A stretch of 64,000 nt of DNA from an uncultured delta proteobacterium (GTDB lineage: Bacteria > Desulfobacterota > WTBG01 > CAIYCZ01 > CAIRTM01), in assembly GCA_963804955.1 (NCBI GenBank), contig CAWDSQ010000001.1, positions 32,001-96,000 on the forward strand. Reading direction: 5' to 3'. Below, piece by piece: positions 22,863 to 33,301 of this stretch. Numbering within the stretch: the stretch's first letter is position 1; every line of letters begins with the position of its first letter. The position numbers and the translations under genes were made by a program. The notes under the pieces were generated by a model, which was given only the letters and a program-made list of their open reading frames with translations, searched no databases and was not told the DNA's origin.

Positions 22863-23581
22863 ATGTCTGACACAGTCACACTGACAATAGACGGCAGAAA
22901 AATAAGCGTTCACGCGGGAACGACGATCATGGAGGCTGCGCGGAGCGTCAATATCGACATTCCCAATCTCTGCAGCAATGAAGAGCTTGCGCCCTACGGC
23001 GCCTGCAGGCTCTGCATGGTTGAAATAGTCCATGGCAAAAGGACCCGCACTGGTGACCTCCTGCATCTATGAGGTGGCAGAGGGCCTTGAGGTGACAGAC
23101 CGTTACCGAGCGCGTGCTCAATGTGCGCAAACTGGTCATCGAGCTGCTGCTTGCCCGCAACCCCTATCATCCCCGGCTGCTCGACATTGCCGGCGGAGAT
23201 CGGCGTGGCGGGCTCGCGCTTTAAGGAGGATGTACAAGGGCTGCATCCTGTGCGGCCAGTGCGTGCGCACCTGCCGCGAGGTGGTGGGCGTTGCCGCCAT
23301 CGGCTTTAAAGGCCGCGGCAGCACCCGCATGGTTGTTACGCCTTTTGACAAGGCGCCGCCCGACTGCATCGCCTGCGGCTCCTGCTCCTATATTTGCCCG
23401 GTCAACGTCATTCCGCTGGAAGATAAGCCAGCCGTGCGCACGATCTGGAAGACCGAGTTTCCCATGGCAGTCGTGCAAAAAGTGCGGCCGCCCCTTTGCT
23501 CCGGAAAAGCAGCTGGCCTACTTCCGTAAAATCGCCAACCTGCCCGAGAATCATTTCGATACCTGTATTCAGTGCAGGTAA
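22863..23581 (+). CDS. HoxU/BfuA-like Fe-S subunit (HydA N-terminal-like, no H-cluster; frameshifted)
   Basis: IPNLC...GACRLC..TSC; CILCGQCVRTC; CIACGSCSYICP; C-terminal CKKC...CIQC. Confidence 0.85.
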
Positions 23582-23934
23582 GCGCCGGAATGGCCGACCT
23601 GCAGCAGCCAACCGCAGGTTGCTTGCGTGGGCCTGCTTTGCGCCTCCTGCGCTCAAGGGATAGGTGCAAAACCTGTTTCCTTGTGCTATCCTTAACCCTG
23701 TTTGGGTCTTTTGACAGCGCTCCCTATCGCCTTTTTATGCTGAAAATTTTTCCGGATGGAACCCTGCATGAGCATATCCGGGCGTTGACTCCCGGCAAAG
23801 GATCCGTGCCTTCAGAGTATCTACACGCAACACATGCCTGCGAAGAAGCACAGGCATCCGGGCTAACCCAACAGATGATTGGTTCCGGGGTTTTCGTTGA
23901 CTCACCAAACAGACTTTGCGGGGGTATACATTCC

Positions 23935-25413
23935 ATGAGTGCGGTCGACACGGATGTCGTCATCATCGGCTCGGGTTTGGGCGGCCTTACCAGCGCAATT
24001 CTTTTGGGAGAGATGGGGCTCAGGGCGATGATCATTGAACGCAACCCCCTTCCCGGCGGGTTGTTGCGCAGTTATACGCGGCAGGGCATTGACTGCGCCG
24101 TCGGGCTCCATTATTTCGGCCCTGCAGGTGAGGGCGAGCTGCTGAGGCAGATGTTTGATGTTCTTGGCGTAACCGACAAGCTGAAGCTGCGGCGTCTGGG
24201 CACAGGCGGAATTCTTGAGCGCTATATTTTTGATGATCTGACCTTTGATCTCCCCCCAACTTTCACGGGTTTTGATCAGGCTCTTCGCAGCATGTGCCCC
24301 AATGAGAGCGATGCAATTGACACTATTGTTTCCGTTGTGCGCTCACTTGCTCATGGCCTGCACTTCGACGCCACAGGCCGGCTGCAGTCAAACCTCTTTT
24401 CCTTTGTGGGCTTCAACCAGAGCATGGAGGATTTTCTGCAAGCCGCGGGATGTTCAAAAAAGCTTCACGATATTCTCACGGTGCACGGGTTCTGGACCGG
24501 GCTGCCCATGGATACATGTCCCGCCTATCTTCTTCTCTACACGCTGGGAGCGCTGCTCCGGTCGGCATGGGAGCTTGGCTGTACCGGCGCGCAGATGGTG
24601 GAGGCCTATGTCGAGCGCAGCCGTGCAACAGGGGCGGACCTGCTGCTGGGCGATCCTGTTGAGCATATTTTTGTTCGCGATGGCCGCGCATGCGGCGTCG
24701 GGCTGAAGTCAGGCCGCACCATGTCATGCCGGAAAATTATCGCGGGCATTCATCCCAAGCTCGTGCTGCCCATGCTTCCCGACGGCGCTATCCCTGCAGA
24801 GTATCGCCAGGGGCTTATGAATCTTGAGGAAACGCCGGGCGCGGTCTGCGTTCGTCTGCTGGTGAGTCAGAAACAGCATGAAGCCCCCGGCTATAACCTG
24901 TTTCGCATTCATAAGGTGGACAGGGTCACTATAGACGGAACTTTTTTTCAGCTGCGGCAGAGTGAACGTGCCGGATGGAATGTGCTCACCATGATCCGGG
25001 GGTCGGACTGCGCGGACTGGAAAAAGTGGCAGGACACGCATACCGGCAGCCGGGGCCCGGACTATGAGCAGGCGAAGATGCGCGCTGCCGAGTCGATGAT
25101 CAAGACGGCCCGCACCGTGCTGGGAACCCTTGAGGATTACCTGATTCTTGATATTTCAACACCCCTTACAACTCGCGACCGGGTTGCAAGTCCCGAGGGC
25201 TCCATGTACGGGCTTCTGCATTCAGTAAAAAACGCTCTGCAATATGCTGTGCTGACACGCCTGCCGGTCCGCTCCCTCTACCTCGTGGGCCAGAGCGCAA
25301 TAGCGCCGGGGCTGCTGGGCGTAACCCTGAGCGTTCTGCGCGGTGTGGGCGAAGTGGCCGGCCGTGCAAATTTTCAGAAATTTCTTGCCGGCAGGCTGGC
25401 GGGGCAGGAGTAG
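23935..25413 (+). CDS. FAD-dependent oxidoreductase, phytoene desaturase/retinol saturase-like
   Basis: IIGSGLGGL..A, ERN..PGG, VGLHY, STPLT, GSMYG, LYLVGQS; start inferred at ATG 23935. Confidence 0.85.
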   Translation: MSAVDTDVVIIGSGLGGLTSAILLGEMGLRAMIIERNPLPGGLLRSYTRQGIDCAVGLHYFGPAGEGELLRQMFDVLGVTDKLKLRRLGTGGILERYIFDDLTFDLPPTFTGFDQALRSMCPNESDAIDTIVSVVRSLAHGLHFDATGRLQSNLFSFVGFNQSMEDFLQAAGCSKKLHDILTVHGFWTGLPMDTCPAYLLLYTLGALLRSAWELGCTGAQMVEAYVERSRATGADLLLGDPVEHIFVRDGRACGVGLKSGRTMSCRKIIAGIHPKLVLPMLPDGAIPAEYRQGLMNLEETPGAVCVRLLVSQKQHEAPGYNLFRIHKVDRVTIDGTFFQLRQSERAGWNVLTMIRGSDCADWKKWQDTHTGSRGPDYEQAKMRAAESMIKTARTVLGTLEDYLILDISTPLTTRDRVASPEGSMYGLLHSVKNALQYAVLTRLPVRSLYLVGQSAIAPGLLGVTLSVLRGVGEVAGRANFQKFLAGRLAGQE

Positions 25414-25467
25414 CTGCCGGCGTCTACAGATGGAATTAGCTTGGTCCTCACCGGGCACCGATAATAA

Positions 25468-25863
25468 CTACCAGACAATCTCTAGTCCTGGAACGGCATG
25501 CAGGCGTTTATCGCTGGTCACCAGTTTTGCTTTGTAATGCAATGCCGCTGCCGCGATAATACGGTCGGCAGGGTCAAAATGGGCGAAGCCCGCATGGGAT
25601 ACCGAGATTGATGCTATTTCAGATGTGATGGGCAGTACCGTTATTTTGCGGGCGTCAAGGATGAGTTGAAGAAATGTTTGGCCGTCGGTTCCCGGATTGA
25701 TGCGATTTTTTTGTACAAGCATAGCAATTTCCCACAGCGAAATATCGCTGCAGGCAAGTTGCCCCGCATCCTCGGCTTGCTTAATCGCCCGGGCGGCCCG
25801 AGCAGTCAGCTTTTCCGGCTGCAGGGCATCAAAAATCAGGGCGCAGGTATCAAGAACCAGCAT
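25468..25863 (-). CDS. vapC: VapC/PIN-domain toxin
   Basis: LVLDTCAL, ISLWEI, DPADRII, LVTSD. Confidence 0.9.
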   Translation of the reverse strand: MLVLDTCALIFDALQPEKLTARAARAIKQAEDAGQLACSDISLWEIAMLVQKNRINPGTDGQTFLQLILDARKITVLPITSEIASISVSHAGFAHFDPADRIIAAAALHYKAKLVTSDKRLHAVPGLEIVW

Positions 25864-26089
25864 TATCGGCTTCCCAGTTTTCACCAATCGGGGAGACAAC
25901 ATCCCCAACCGTGCAGCAGGCGCGAAGCTCGGCCAAGCGCTTGCGCGCGGCCTCACGCTCGTCGCGCACCGGCACGAGGCTTGCCACCACTTTGCCGCGT
26001 GATGTCACCAAAAGCTGTTCTCCTTTTTTTACCTTGCCGATATAGGCGGGCAGATGGCTTCGCAATTCGGTAATATTTATCTGACGCAT
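25850..26089 (-). CDS. Phd/YefM-family antitoxin
   Basis: INITELRSHLPAY...GEQLLVTSRGKVVA; overlaps the toxin start. Confidence 0.9.
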   Translation of the reverse strand: MRQINITELRSHLPAYIGKVKKGEQLLVTSRGKVVASLVPVRDEREAARKRLAELRACCTVGDVVSPIGENWEADNAGS

Positions 26090-26098
26090 AAGACCTCT

Positions 26099-26146
26099 CC
26101 TTTAACCGTACACTTACAATGTACAGTTAAAGGTTCAATAAGTCAA
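26099..26146 (-). promoter_or_regulatory. Promoter and palindromic operator of phd-vapC
   Basis: Minus strand TTGACT-17-TACATT; inverted repeat CCTTTAACCGTACA-N7-TGTACAGTTAAAGG overlapping it; RBS AAGGAG. Confidence 0.7.
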
Positions 26147-27602
26147 TTCTTTTGCCGCTGGGAATCCGGGGTTTTATCCGGCTCAAAATGCTGTTTGGCC
26201 GCAAGAAAAGACGGCAGATGCCGCAGGAGATGGAACATGCTCCACCGGTGCTGCCAGATGCGCCGGGCGAATGTGCGGCGCCAGGTGGGGTCGGTAGTAG
26301 AAGCGCTTGACATGGCTGTTGTACAGGTAAGTCGAGCTTTTCTTTTGATTCAATGGCCTTCGGGACGAACACGAAATTCAGGCAGTTCATCAGCTTCCAG
26401 TTTTCCTCAAAGGTCCCTTCATCGCGCAGCTCCTGCCAGACAGGCGCGCCCGGGAAGGGCGTAAATTTCGACATGTTCATGTCATCCAGCCCCAGGGACA
26501 TCACAAAGTCGCTCGTTGCCTGAATCGATGCTTCCGTCTCGCCCGGCAGGCCCATCATGAAAAGCCCCTTTGCCCTGAGGCCGCAGGCTTTGATCCGGGC
26601 AACGGTGTCGCGGACCTCATCAAGCGTTACCCCTGCCTTATGGCGCTCAAGCATCGCCGGATCTGCCGATTCGATACCAACCGATACCATGAGGCAGCCT
26701 GCTGCTTTGAGCGTTTTCAGAAGATCATTGTCTGCATGCCCGACCCGCACAGCGCAGTTGAACTGTATGCCCGAGAGGCTTTGCGGTCAAAAGGCGGCAC
26801 AGCTCGAAAATGCGGGGCCTGTTCAGGGTAAATAAATCATCATAAATATTTATATGCCGCACGCCGAAGCGCTGGCGCAGGTGCTTCATATGCTCATAGA
26901 TGTATTCAGGCGAGTTGTACCGGTACGAGCGCTTAAAGACAGAGCGGTCGCAGTATGAGCACTCATAGGGGCAGCCGCGGCTGGTTGACATGGTTGCGCC
27001 GGGAATTTCGATGAAGCTGAACAGGGGCAGGTTGTATGAACGGGGAAAACCTTTCAGGCCTTCATAGTCAGGAAAAGGCAGCTGGTCCAGATCCGGCAGG
27101 GGCGCGCGGGGAGCATTGGTAACAATCTTTTCACCATCGCGCCAGATGAGGCCGTTGATATGCTGCGGGGTTTGACCTGATGCAAGCTCTGAAAGGGTTG
27201 CCTCTCCTTCTCCGGGAGATCAGATAATCAATGCCGGGAAAGTCCTGCAGCAGAGTCGCACCAAGGGCTGACACATGCACGCCGCCAAAGACGGTTTTGA
27301 CCTGCGGGCGGGCTTGTTTGATCATGTCTGCCATATCATTGCCGTCGAGAAAACTTGACGTGGTCGTTGAAAAGCCGACCAGATCGGGAGTCTGCGGCAA
27401 GCACGGCCTGTACATTTTCTGCAATGCTCTGAGGCGCTTCCGGGCCGAGGCAGTCATGAATGAAAACCTGATGACCGTTGCGCTTCAGATAGGCGGATAT
27501 TGACAGCAGTCCCAGAGGCGCCATCCTGTTTGCCGTGGCGGTAATATCCTTTTTACCGGGGACCCAGTTTGATCCGGCCGGATGGACAAGCATGATGCGC
27601 AT
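26143..27602 (-). CDS. B12-binding radical SAM protein (several frameshifts)
   Basis: APLGLLSI, VFGGVH, TSRGCPYECSYC, YDDLFT, VGIES, MGLPGET, TPFPG. Confidence 0.88.
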
Positions 27603-27630
27603 GGCAATTTAAAGATGAAGGATTTAAAAA

Positions 27631-27770
27631 GAAGTCAGAATTCAGTAGCCGGAATTCAGAATAGAAGATTCACAGCAAACCTAAGCATCGGGAACCGTGC
27701 ACCTGCATGAATTTTTCGAATCTTGAATTGTTTTCCTTCTGACTTCTGGATTCTGAATTCTGGCTACTTC
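27631..27770. repeat. Heptamer-repeat element with inverted arms, copy 1
   Basis: GTCAGAATTCAGTAGCCGGAATTCAGAA ... TTCTGACTTCTGGATTCTGAATTCTGGCTAC. Confidence 0.7.
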
Positions 27771-27776
27771 CCGCTG

Positions 27777-29113
27777 CCTATCGAAAAACTTTTCAATCCT
27801 TTCCCGGTCATGTTTCCCTGTTGGAAGCACGGGAATGGAATCAACGATTTTGATATGGCGGGGGATGGCATAGGGTTCGCATAGTTTTTGACAAGCCCGG
27901 CCCTTATTGCTGGTGCATCGCATGCTGCCTACAACAAGGGCAGCAATATCGCTGCCCCTGCCGGTGCGGGCTGCATTGCAAAGACCGACGGCATCACAAA
28001 CGCCCGAGAGCGTTTTTAATTTATCGCACACTTCAGCAAGATCTACCCGCCTGCCGCCGACTTTTACAATATTGTCGGCCCGGCCATGAAGGGTAAAGCT
28101 GTCGGCCCCGCATGGGTTCTGCGCGGTCGGCAGTGGTAAAAAAGCCATCCTGATCGCGGGGCAGCTCGGGCGAGAGAAAATCCGAGCGCACCAGCAGCTG
28201 CCCATTGAGTATCTTCCAGTCAATGCCTTGAAACGCGCGGCATACATGCCTGTCGGCCGGGGAAGCTGTCCATGCAATGCCTCCTGTTTCCGTGGAGCCG
28301 TAAATTTCGGTGACGGCAATACCGGTTTTTTCATAAAAATACTCGGCATCAGGCCGTGGAGCATGCCGGCAGATGAAAAAGCCAGCCTGAGGGTATAGCG
28401 CTGCAGGTTTTCGGTTTTCAGCACATGATACTGCGACGGGAACGCTTACTAAAATTGTAGCCTCCGAATCTCTGGCTGCGGCAAGAATTTCTTGCGGAAA
28501 TGAATACACGGGCTCAAGCACGGTGCAGCCCGACATGAGCGGCACCAGAACGGAAAAAAGCAGCCCGTAAATGTGCTGTGGCGGCACGGTTGAAAGAATA
28601 CAATCATCGGGGGCCTATGCCAAATGTTTCTGCAAGAAGCTGCGCTTCGCCAAAAAGGTTCCGTGCGGTTTTAGACCACAGCTTTGGTTTGCCGGTTGAG
28701 CCGCCGGTAAAGAGCATGACTCGCGGCGCATCGGCATCACCTGCAGTATACACAAGAGGCGCAGGCAGAATGCCACGCTCTCTGGCGTGATAACCGTGTA
28801 GCCTGTGGGCGGGCATCTTTGCTGCTGGAGAGGATTTTTGAAAAAGGGATGCTTGACTCGCGCATCGTCGAGAGCCTGCTGGAAAAGGCATAGGGAATAA
28901 TGATGCGCGGCCCGCCGCACGCAGCGGCAAGCAGGGCAGCGGCCATACGGGTTTTGTCCTGCGTCCAGAGGCAGAGGGGCTCATCCGGTGAACTAAGGCT
29001 GCACAGGCCTGCAGCTAAAGGCCACATCAGCCCGGTTTGGCCACCGGCAATGAACGGGCTTGAAGGCGGCTGCCGGTACTACGATTAAGGCAATCAGTCA
29101 GTTTGTCTTTCAT
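27777..29113 (-). CDS. AMP-binding acyl-CoA/acyl-ACP synthetase-like protein (several frameshifts; ends approximate)
   Basis: LFTGGSTGKPK, PPQHIYG, EIYGSTETGG, TADR, GRADNIVKVGG, LPTGK. Confidence 0.82.
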
Positions 29114-29264
29114 GGTTTTAAAAAAGCAATTTCTGGATAGGCCCGTAGAGCAGGGGGTATTTCTTGACTTTTCGGGCTGTTTATATTCTATTCACATAAT
29201 CCTGCTGCTATCAGCACATGCTTTAAGTAGCATGATTTTGTCCAATTGCCAATTACAGTGTTCT

Positions 29265-29686
29265 ATGCCCGACAGAGCTATTGATGATTTGATACCGCAT
29301 CGCGGCCGAATGAAGCTGATCGGGTCGATTGTGCAGGTCAGCAATGATATCGCCGTTACCTCGGCAGTTGTGGCCGATACCTGGCCCCTGTGTGCACGGG
29401 GCTTCAGTGAACCCGATCGTGCTCATAGAGGTAGCTGCGCAGACGGCGGGCGTGCTCTCCTGCTGGAAAAAGGGCGAGAGCAGATCGGCCTTCACAGCCG
29501 GAATGCTTACGGGCATCAAAAGCGCTGAATTTTTTGTCGACCAGGTGCCTCTGCACGCAGAGCTGATCACCACGGCCACGATCATGTACAGCCTTGATGA
29601 TTATGAGGCAATTGAGGCAACGGTCATGCTGGGACGAGCAGTGCCTCTGCAAAGTGCAGCTGCAGATATTCGGGGTGCGGGGATAA
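29265..29686 (+). CDS. Hotdog-fold 3-hydroxyacyl-ACP dehydratase-like protein (ApeP/FabZ-like; frameshifted)
   Basis: LIPHRGRMKLI; LIEVAAQTAG; GMLTGIK. Confidence 0.78.
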
Positions 29687-29692
29687 AAACAG

Positions 29693-29871
29693 GATTCAGA
29701 AGCCAGAATCCAGAGTCCAGGAATTCAGAAGAAAAAAATTCAAACTGCAGGGCAGGATCCTGGCCTGCATGGGTTCGGAGTTCGTAGTATGGGCATCCGC
29801 CGTGGCGAATCCTTGCCCAAGTGTGCTTTGTATCTTCTATTCTGAATTCTGACTACTGGATTCTGGATTCT
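29693..29871. repeat. Heptamer-repeat element with inverted arms, copy 2
   Basis: TTCAGAAGCCAGAATCCAGAGTCCAGGAATTCAGAA ... TTCTGAATTCTGACTACTGGATTCTGGATTCT. Confidence 0.7.
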
Positions 29872-29907
29872 AAAGATTATTGCTAAACTTTACAGACCGG
29901 GAGCTGT

Positions 29908-30636
29908 ATGGACAATCAGAAGATCGCCATCGTCACCGGCGGCAGCCGCGGCATAGGCCGTGCTATTGCCTGTGAGCTTGCCGCTGCGGGCTATTATGTC
30001 ATCATAACCTACAAGACAAATGACGCGCAGGCGCAGGAGACGGTTGCAGGCATTCAGGCACAGGGCGGCGCAGCAGAGGCTGTGAAGTTTGACGTGGCTG
30101 ATGCTGCAGAGGCCGCCCTGCAGATGAATGCCATCTGCAGCCGGTTTCAAAACATACAGGTGCTGGTCAATAATGCCGGCATTACCGCAGACGGCTTGTT
30201 CATGCTCATGACCGAGACAGAGTGGAACTCGGTGATCGATACATCGCTCAAAGGCTTTTACAATGTCACGCAGCCGGTGCTGAAAAAAATGGCCGTGAAT
30301 CACAGCGGGTCGATTGTGGCTATTTCCTCTGTGTCGGCGCTTATGGGCAATCGCGGCCAGTCAAATTATGCAGCTGCCAAGGCGGGCATAATTGCCGCAT
30401 CCAAAGCCCTTGCCTGCGAAGTGGCGCGCACGGGCATCAGGGTCAATGTCGTGGCGCCGGGGCTCATCGATACGGAAATGATCAAGGATGTTCCCGTGCT
30501 GAAAATCAAAGAGATAATACCCATGGCGCGCATTGGCAAACCGGAGGAGGTGGCAAAGGTTGTGCGCTTTCTCTGCTCCGATGATGCCTCCTATGTTACC
30601 GGCCAGGTCATCTCGGTCAATGGGGGCATGTTTTAG
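29908..30636 (+). CDS. fabG: 3-oxoacyl-ACP reductase
   Basis: TGGSRGIG, LVNNAGITAD, GNRGQSNYAAAK, VNVVAPG, YVTGQVISVNGG. Confidence 0.92.
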   Translation: MDNQKIAIVTGGSRGIGRAIACELAAAGYYVIITYKTNDAQAQETVAGIQAQGGAAEAVKFDVADAAEAALQMNAICSRFQNIQVLVNNAGITADGLFMLMTETEWNSVIDTSLKGFYNVTQPVLKKMAVNHSGSIVAISSVSALMGNRGQSNYAAAKAGIIAASKALACEVARTGIRVNVVAPGLIDTEMIKDVPVLKIKEIIPMARIGKPEEVAKVVRFLCSDDASYVTGQVISVNGGMF

Positions 30637-30637
30637 G

Positions 30638-31261
30638 ATGAAAAGGGCAAAGCCGATGCGCCGGCTGCTTTCTCTTGGCTGTATGCGCGACTGCTGCTGT
30701 CCGGCTGGTCAGGCTCATGGGAAACCCTACAGAAGGAGTCTGAAAAGATTACCTCCGTGAGCGCCCGTTTCACGCAGTCAAAAAATATGCGCATACTTTC
30801 TAAACCCCTCGTTTCGACCGGCAGCTTTTATTTTAAAGCGCCGGACTCCGTGCGCTGGGAATATGAAGCGCCGGTGAAGAGCATTCTGCTGATGCATGAG
30901 GGTTCAGTCAAGCGGTATACGCAGGGAGCCAGGGGACTTACCGAGGATGCAGGGGCGGCTCTGCAGTCGATGAATGTGATGCTGCAGGAAATAGCCCTGT
31001 GGAGCAAGGGGCGGTTTACTGAAAGCCCGGGCTTTGCAGCCGTGCTGAAAGCGGGCGACGGGCCGGCAATTCTGCTGACGCCCCGGGACGAAGGGCTTGG
31101 CAAAAATTATAACCGGTATCGAAATTGCGCTTGCACCGGACAGGCCCGGCGTGATTTCAACTATCACCATTCGCGAGGGCGAAGGGGGCACAACGGTCTT
31201 GCAGTTCAGCGATGTGCAGATCAATGCAGCGCTGAGCGACAGCGTGTTTCGGAGCCCGTGA
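30638..31261 (+). CDS. LolA-like lipoprotein/lipid carrier (frameshifted)
   Basis: Signal-like N-terminus; SARFTQSK.MRILSKPLVSTG.FYF..PD.VRWEY..P. Confidence 0.78.
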
Positions 31262-31925
31262 TGAAAAAATGCAGGTCCATTATTCTTTTGTGCGCGCTGG
31301 CTGCGGCGCTGCTGCCGGCATGCGCAGGCCCCCGGCATATACGGCCCGAGCCGGTAAATCCTGCGCTGTGCAGGCTGCCTTTCACCAGCACGAGCTGCCG
31401 CTATATTCACGCTCTTGATGCCGAACTGCCCGGCGGCACGCGCATGACGGTTATGGGCATTTCGGTTATTGATCCTGGGGCTGATACGATACAGGCCGCC
31501 ATTATGACGCTGGAAGGGCTGCTGCTTTTTGATGCCACGGCATCGGCCGGCAGCATGCAGGTGCATCGCGCTTTGCCGCCTTTTGACGGGCCGCAGTTTG
31601 CCGAAGGGCTTATGCGGGATGTGCGGTTTATTTTTATGTTTCCTGCCGGTGCGCCTGCAATGACCGGCAGGCTTGATGACGGTTCATCCGTCTGCCGGTA
31701 TCAGGACACATTCGGTATGACGGTTGATGTGATCGTTCATCCTGGCCGGGGCTGGGAGGTTGAGCAGTATTCAACCTTCGGTAAAAAGCTGCGCAGCTTA
31801 AAAATTGATGCACTGCAGAACGGCATTCCCGGCATGCTGGAGTTTGAGGCCTTCAGCCCGAAGCCCTATGCCCTGCACCTGAAGCTGATCAGCGCCGAGC
31901 CGGTCACGCCGGATGACAAAAGTAA
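31261..31925 (+). CDS. Lipoprotein (DUF3261-like); apparent fusion with neighbours is probably an indel artefact
   Basis: MKK...LLPAC lipobox; IMTLEGLLLFD, GLMRDVRFIF. Confidence 0.6.
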
Positions 31926-31944
31926 AATTGCTGGCGTGCACTGT

Positions 31945-33290
31945 ATGAAATTCAAACTCATCTACCCGCAATGGAAAAAGCTTGAACGGCAGACCGAATT
32001 TCATCTGCCGCCGCATGGCCCGGTTGTGTTTGCCGCAACGCTGCCGCCGCATGTGGAGGTGGAGTTTGTGGATGAAAACGTGCAGGCCCTTGAGCTTGAC
32101 GATGCCCCCGATTTTGTCGGCATTTCCATGATGCTCACCGCGCAGGTCAGGCGCGGCTGGCAGATTGCCGATCACTATCGCAGCCGGGGCATCAAGGTCA
32201 TCTGCGGCGGCATTGCCACCATGCTGCATGCGCAGGAAACGATGGAGCATGCCGATTCGGTATTTCTCGGAGAGGCCGAAGGCAGGATGGCCGGTGTCTG
32301 GATGATTTTAAAAACAACAGGCTCAAGCCCTGCTATGACTATATGACCGACTATCCTGCCGTGGAGCTCATCGGCCCGGCCCGCAGAAGCATTCTGCAGC
32401 GCGATCTCTACAATTACCGGGGCGTGCAGATGGTTGATCTCGTGCATGCCTCGCGCGGGTGCCGGTTCAACTGCTATCCCTGCTGCGTTAATTTTCTGGG
32501 CGGCCGGCAGTTCAGGCCCCGGCCCTATGATAAGGTTATAGAGGAGATGGCAGGCATCGACAATAACCGGCTTTTCATCGTGGACAATTCTCTTGCGCAG
32601 AACAAGCAGTGGGAGCTGGGCCTGTTCCGGGAAATGGAGGGGCTGAAAAAAAAGTGGTGCTGCCATCCCATCGAAGAAGATGATGAGGTTCTGGAAGCCG
32701 CGGCCCGGGCAGGGGCCTGGTATGTGTATCAGGCCGTCTTTGACACTTCAGACCATATCAGCAACAGGATAAAGCGTTATCACGACTATGGCATAGCCGT
32801 TGAGGGCACCATACTGCTTGGCCTTGACAATCACACCGAGGACTATATCAAGCGGCTCATCGATTTTTTGCTTGAGGTAGAGCTTGATATGGCGGAGTTT
32901 ACCGTGCTGACACCGTTTCCGCACACGCAGGCATTTGATGATATGCACGGGCAGGGCCGCATCACGAGCTATGACTGGAATGATTACACCTGCGACAGGG
33001 TTGTGTTTCAGCCCCGGCACATACAAGCCGAGCGCCTGCAGGAGCTGTACTATTATGCCTGGGACATGTTCTACCGCGACGAGCCGCAGAACTATAAGAT
33101 GTTCAGCCTTTTCAAGAAAGTTGTAGAAAAGGAAAAGGCTGATGAGACTTTTATTCCCCGGCGGCGCGACCTTGCCGGCAGAGTGTTCGGCAGGAAGAAT
33201 AGCAGGAGCAGACCGTGTGTCTGCCGTAGGGGCGCAGTGCCTGCGCCCAAAATAACGATACCGCAGGGGCAGACCAGCGTGTCTGCCTGA
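31945..33290 (+). CDS. B12-binding radical SAM protein (frameshift near 32305)
   Basis: PPHGP, FVDENV, ICGG, LGEAEG, SRGCRFNCYPC, LTPFPHT. Confidence 0.88.
33226..33288. repeat. GTAG-type REP-like doublet (related copy at 57042-57068)
   Basis: GTAGGGGCGCAGTGCCTGCGCCC and GGGGCAGACCAGCGTGTCTGCC; partner GGGCAGACACGCAGGTCTGCCCCTAC. Confidence 0.55.
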
Positions 33291-33301
33291 AGAGGCAATA
33301 C

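Noticed and set aside
20261..23581. Respiratory complex I or an [FeFe]/[NiFe] hydrogenase
   Set aside because: No membrane Nuo subunits, H-cluster motifs or NiFe large subunit are present.
30757..32346. 529-aa LolA-lipoprotein-radical SAM fusion ORF
   Set aside because: Internal start codons, an internal lipobox and garbled junctions indicate three genes joined by indels.
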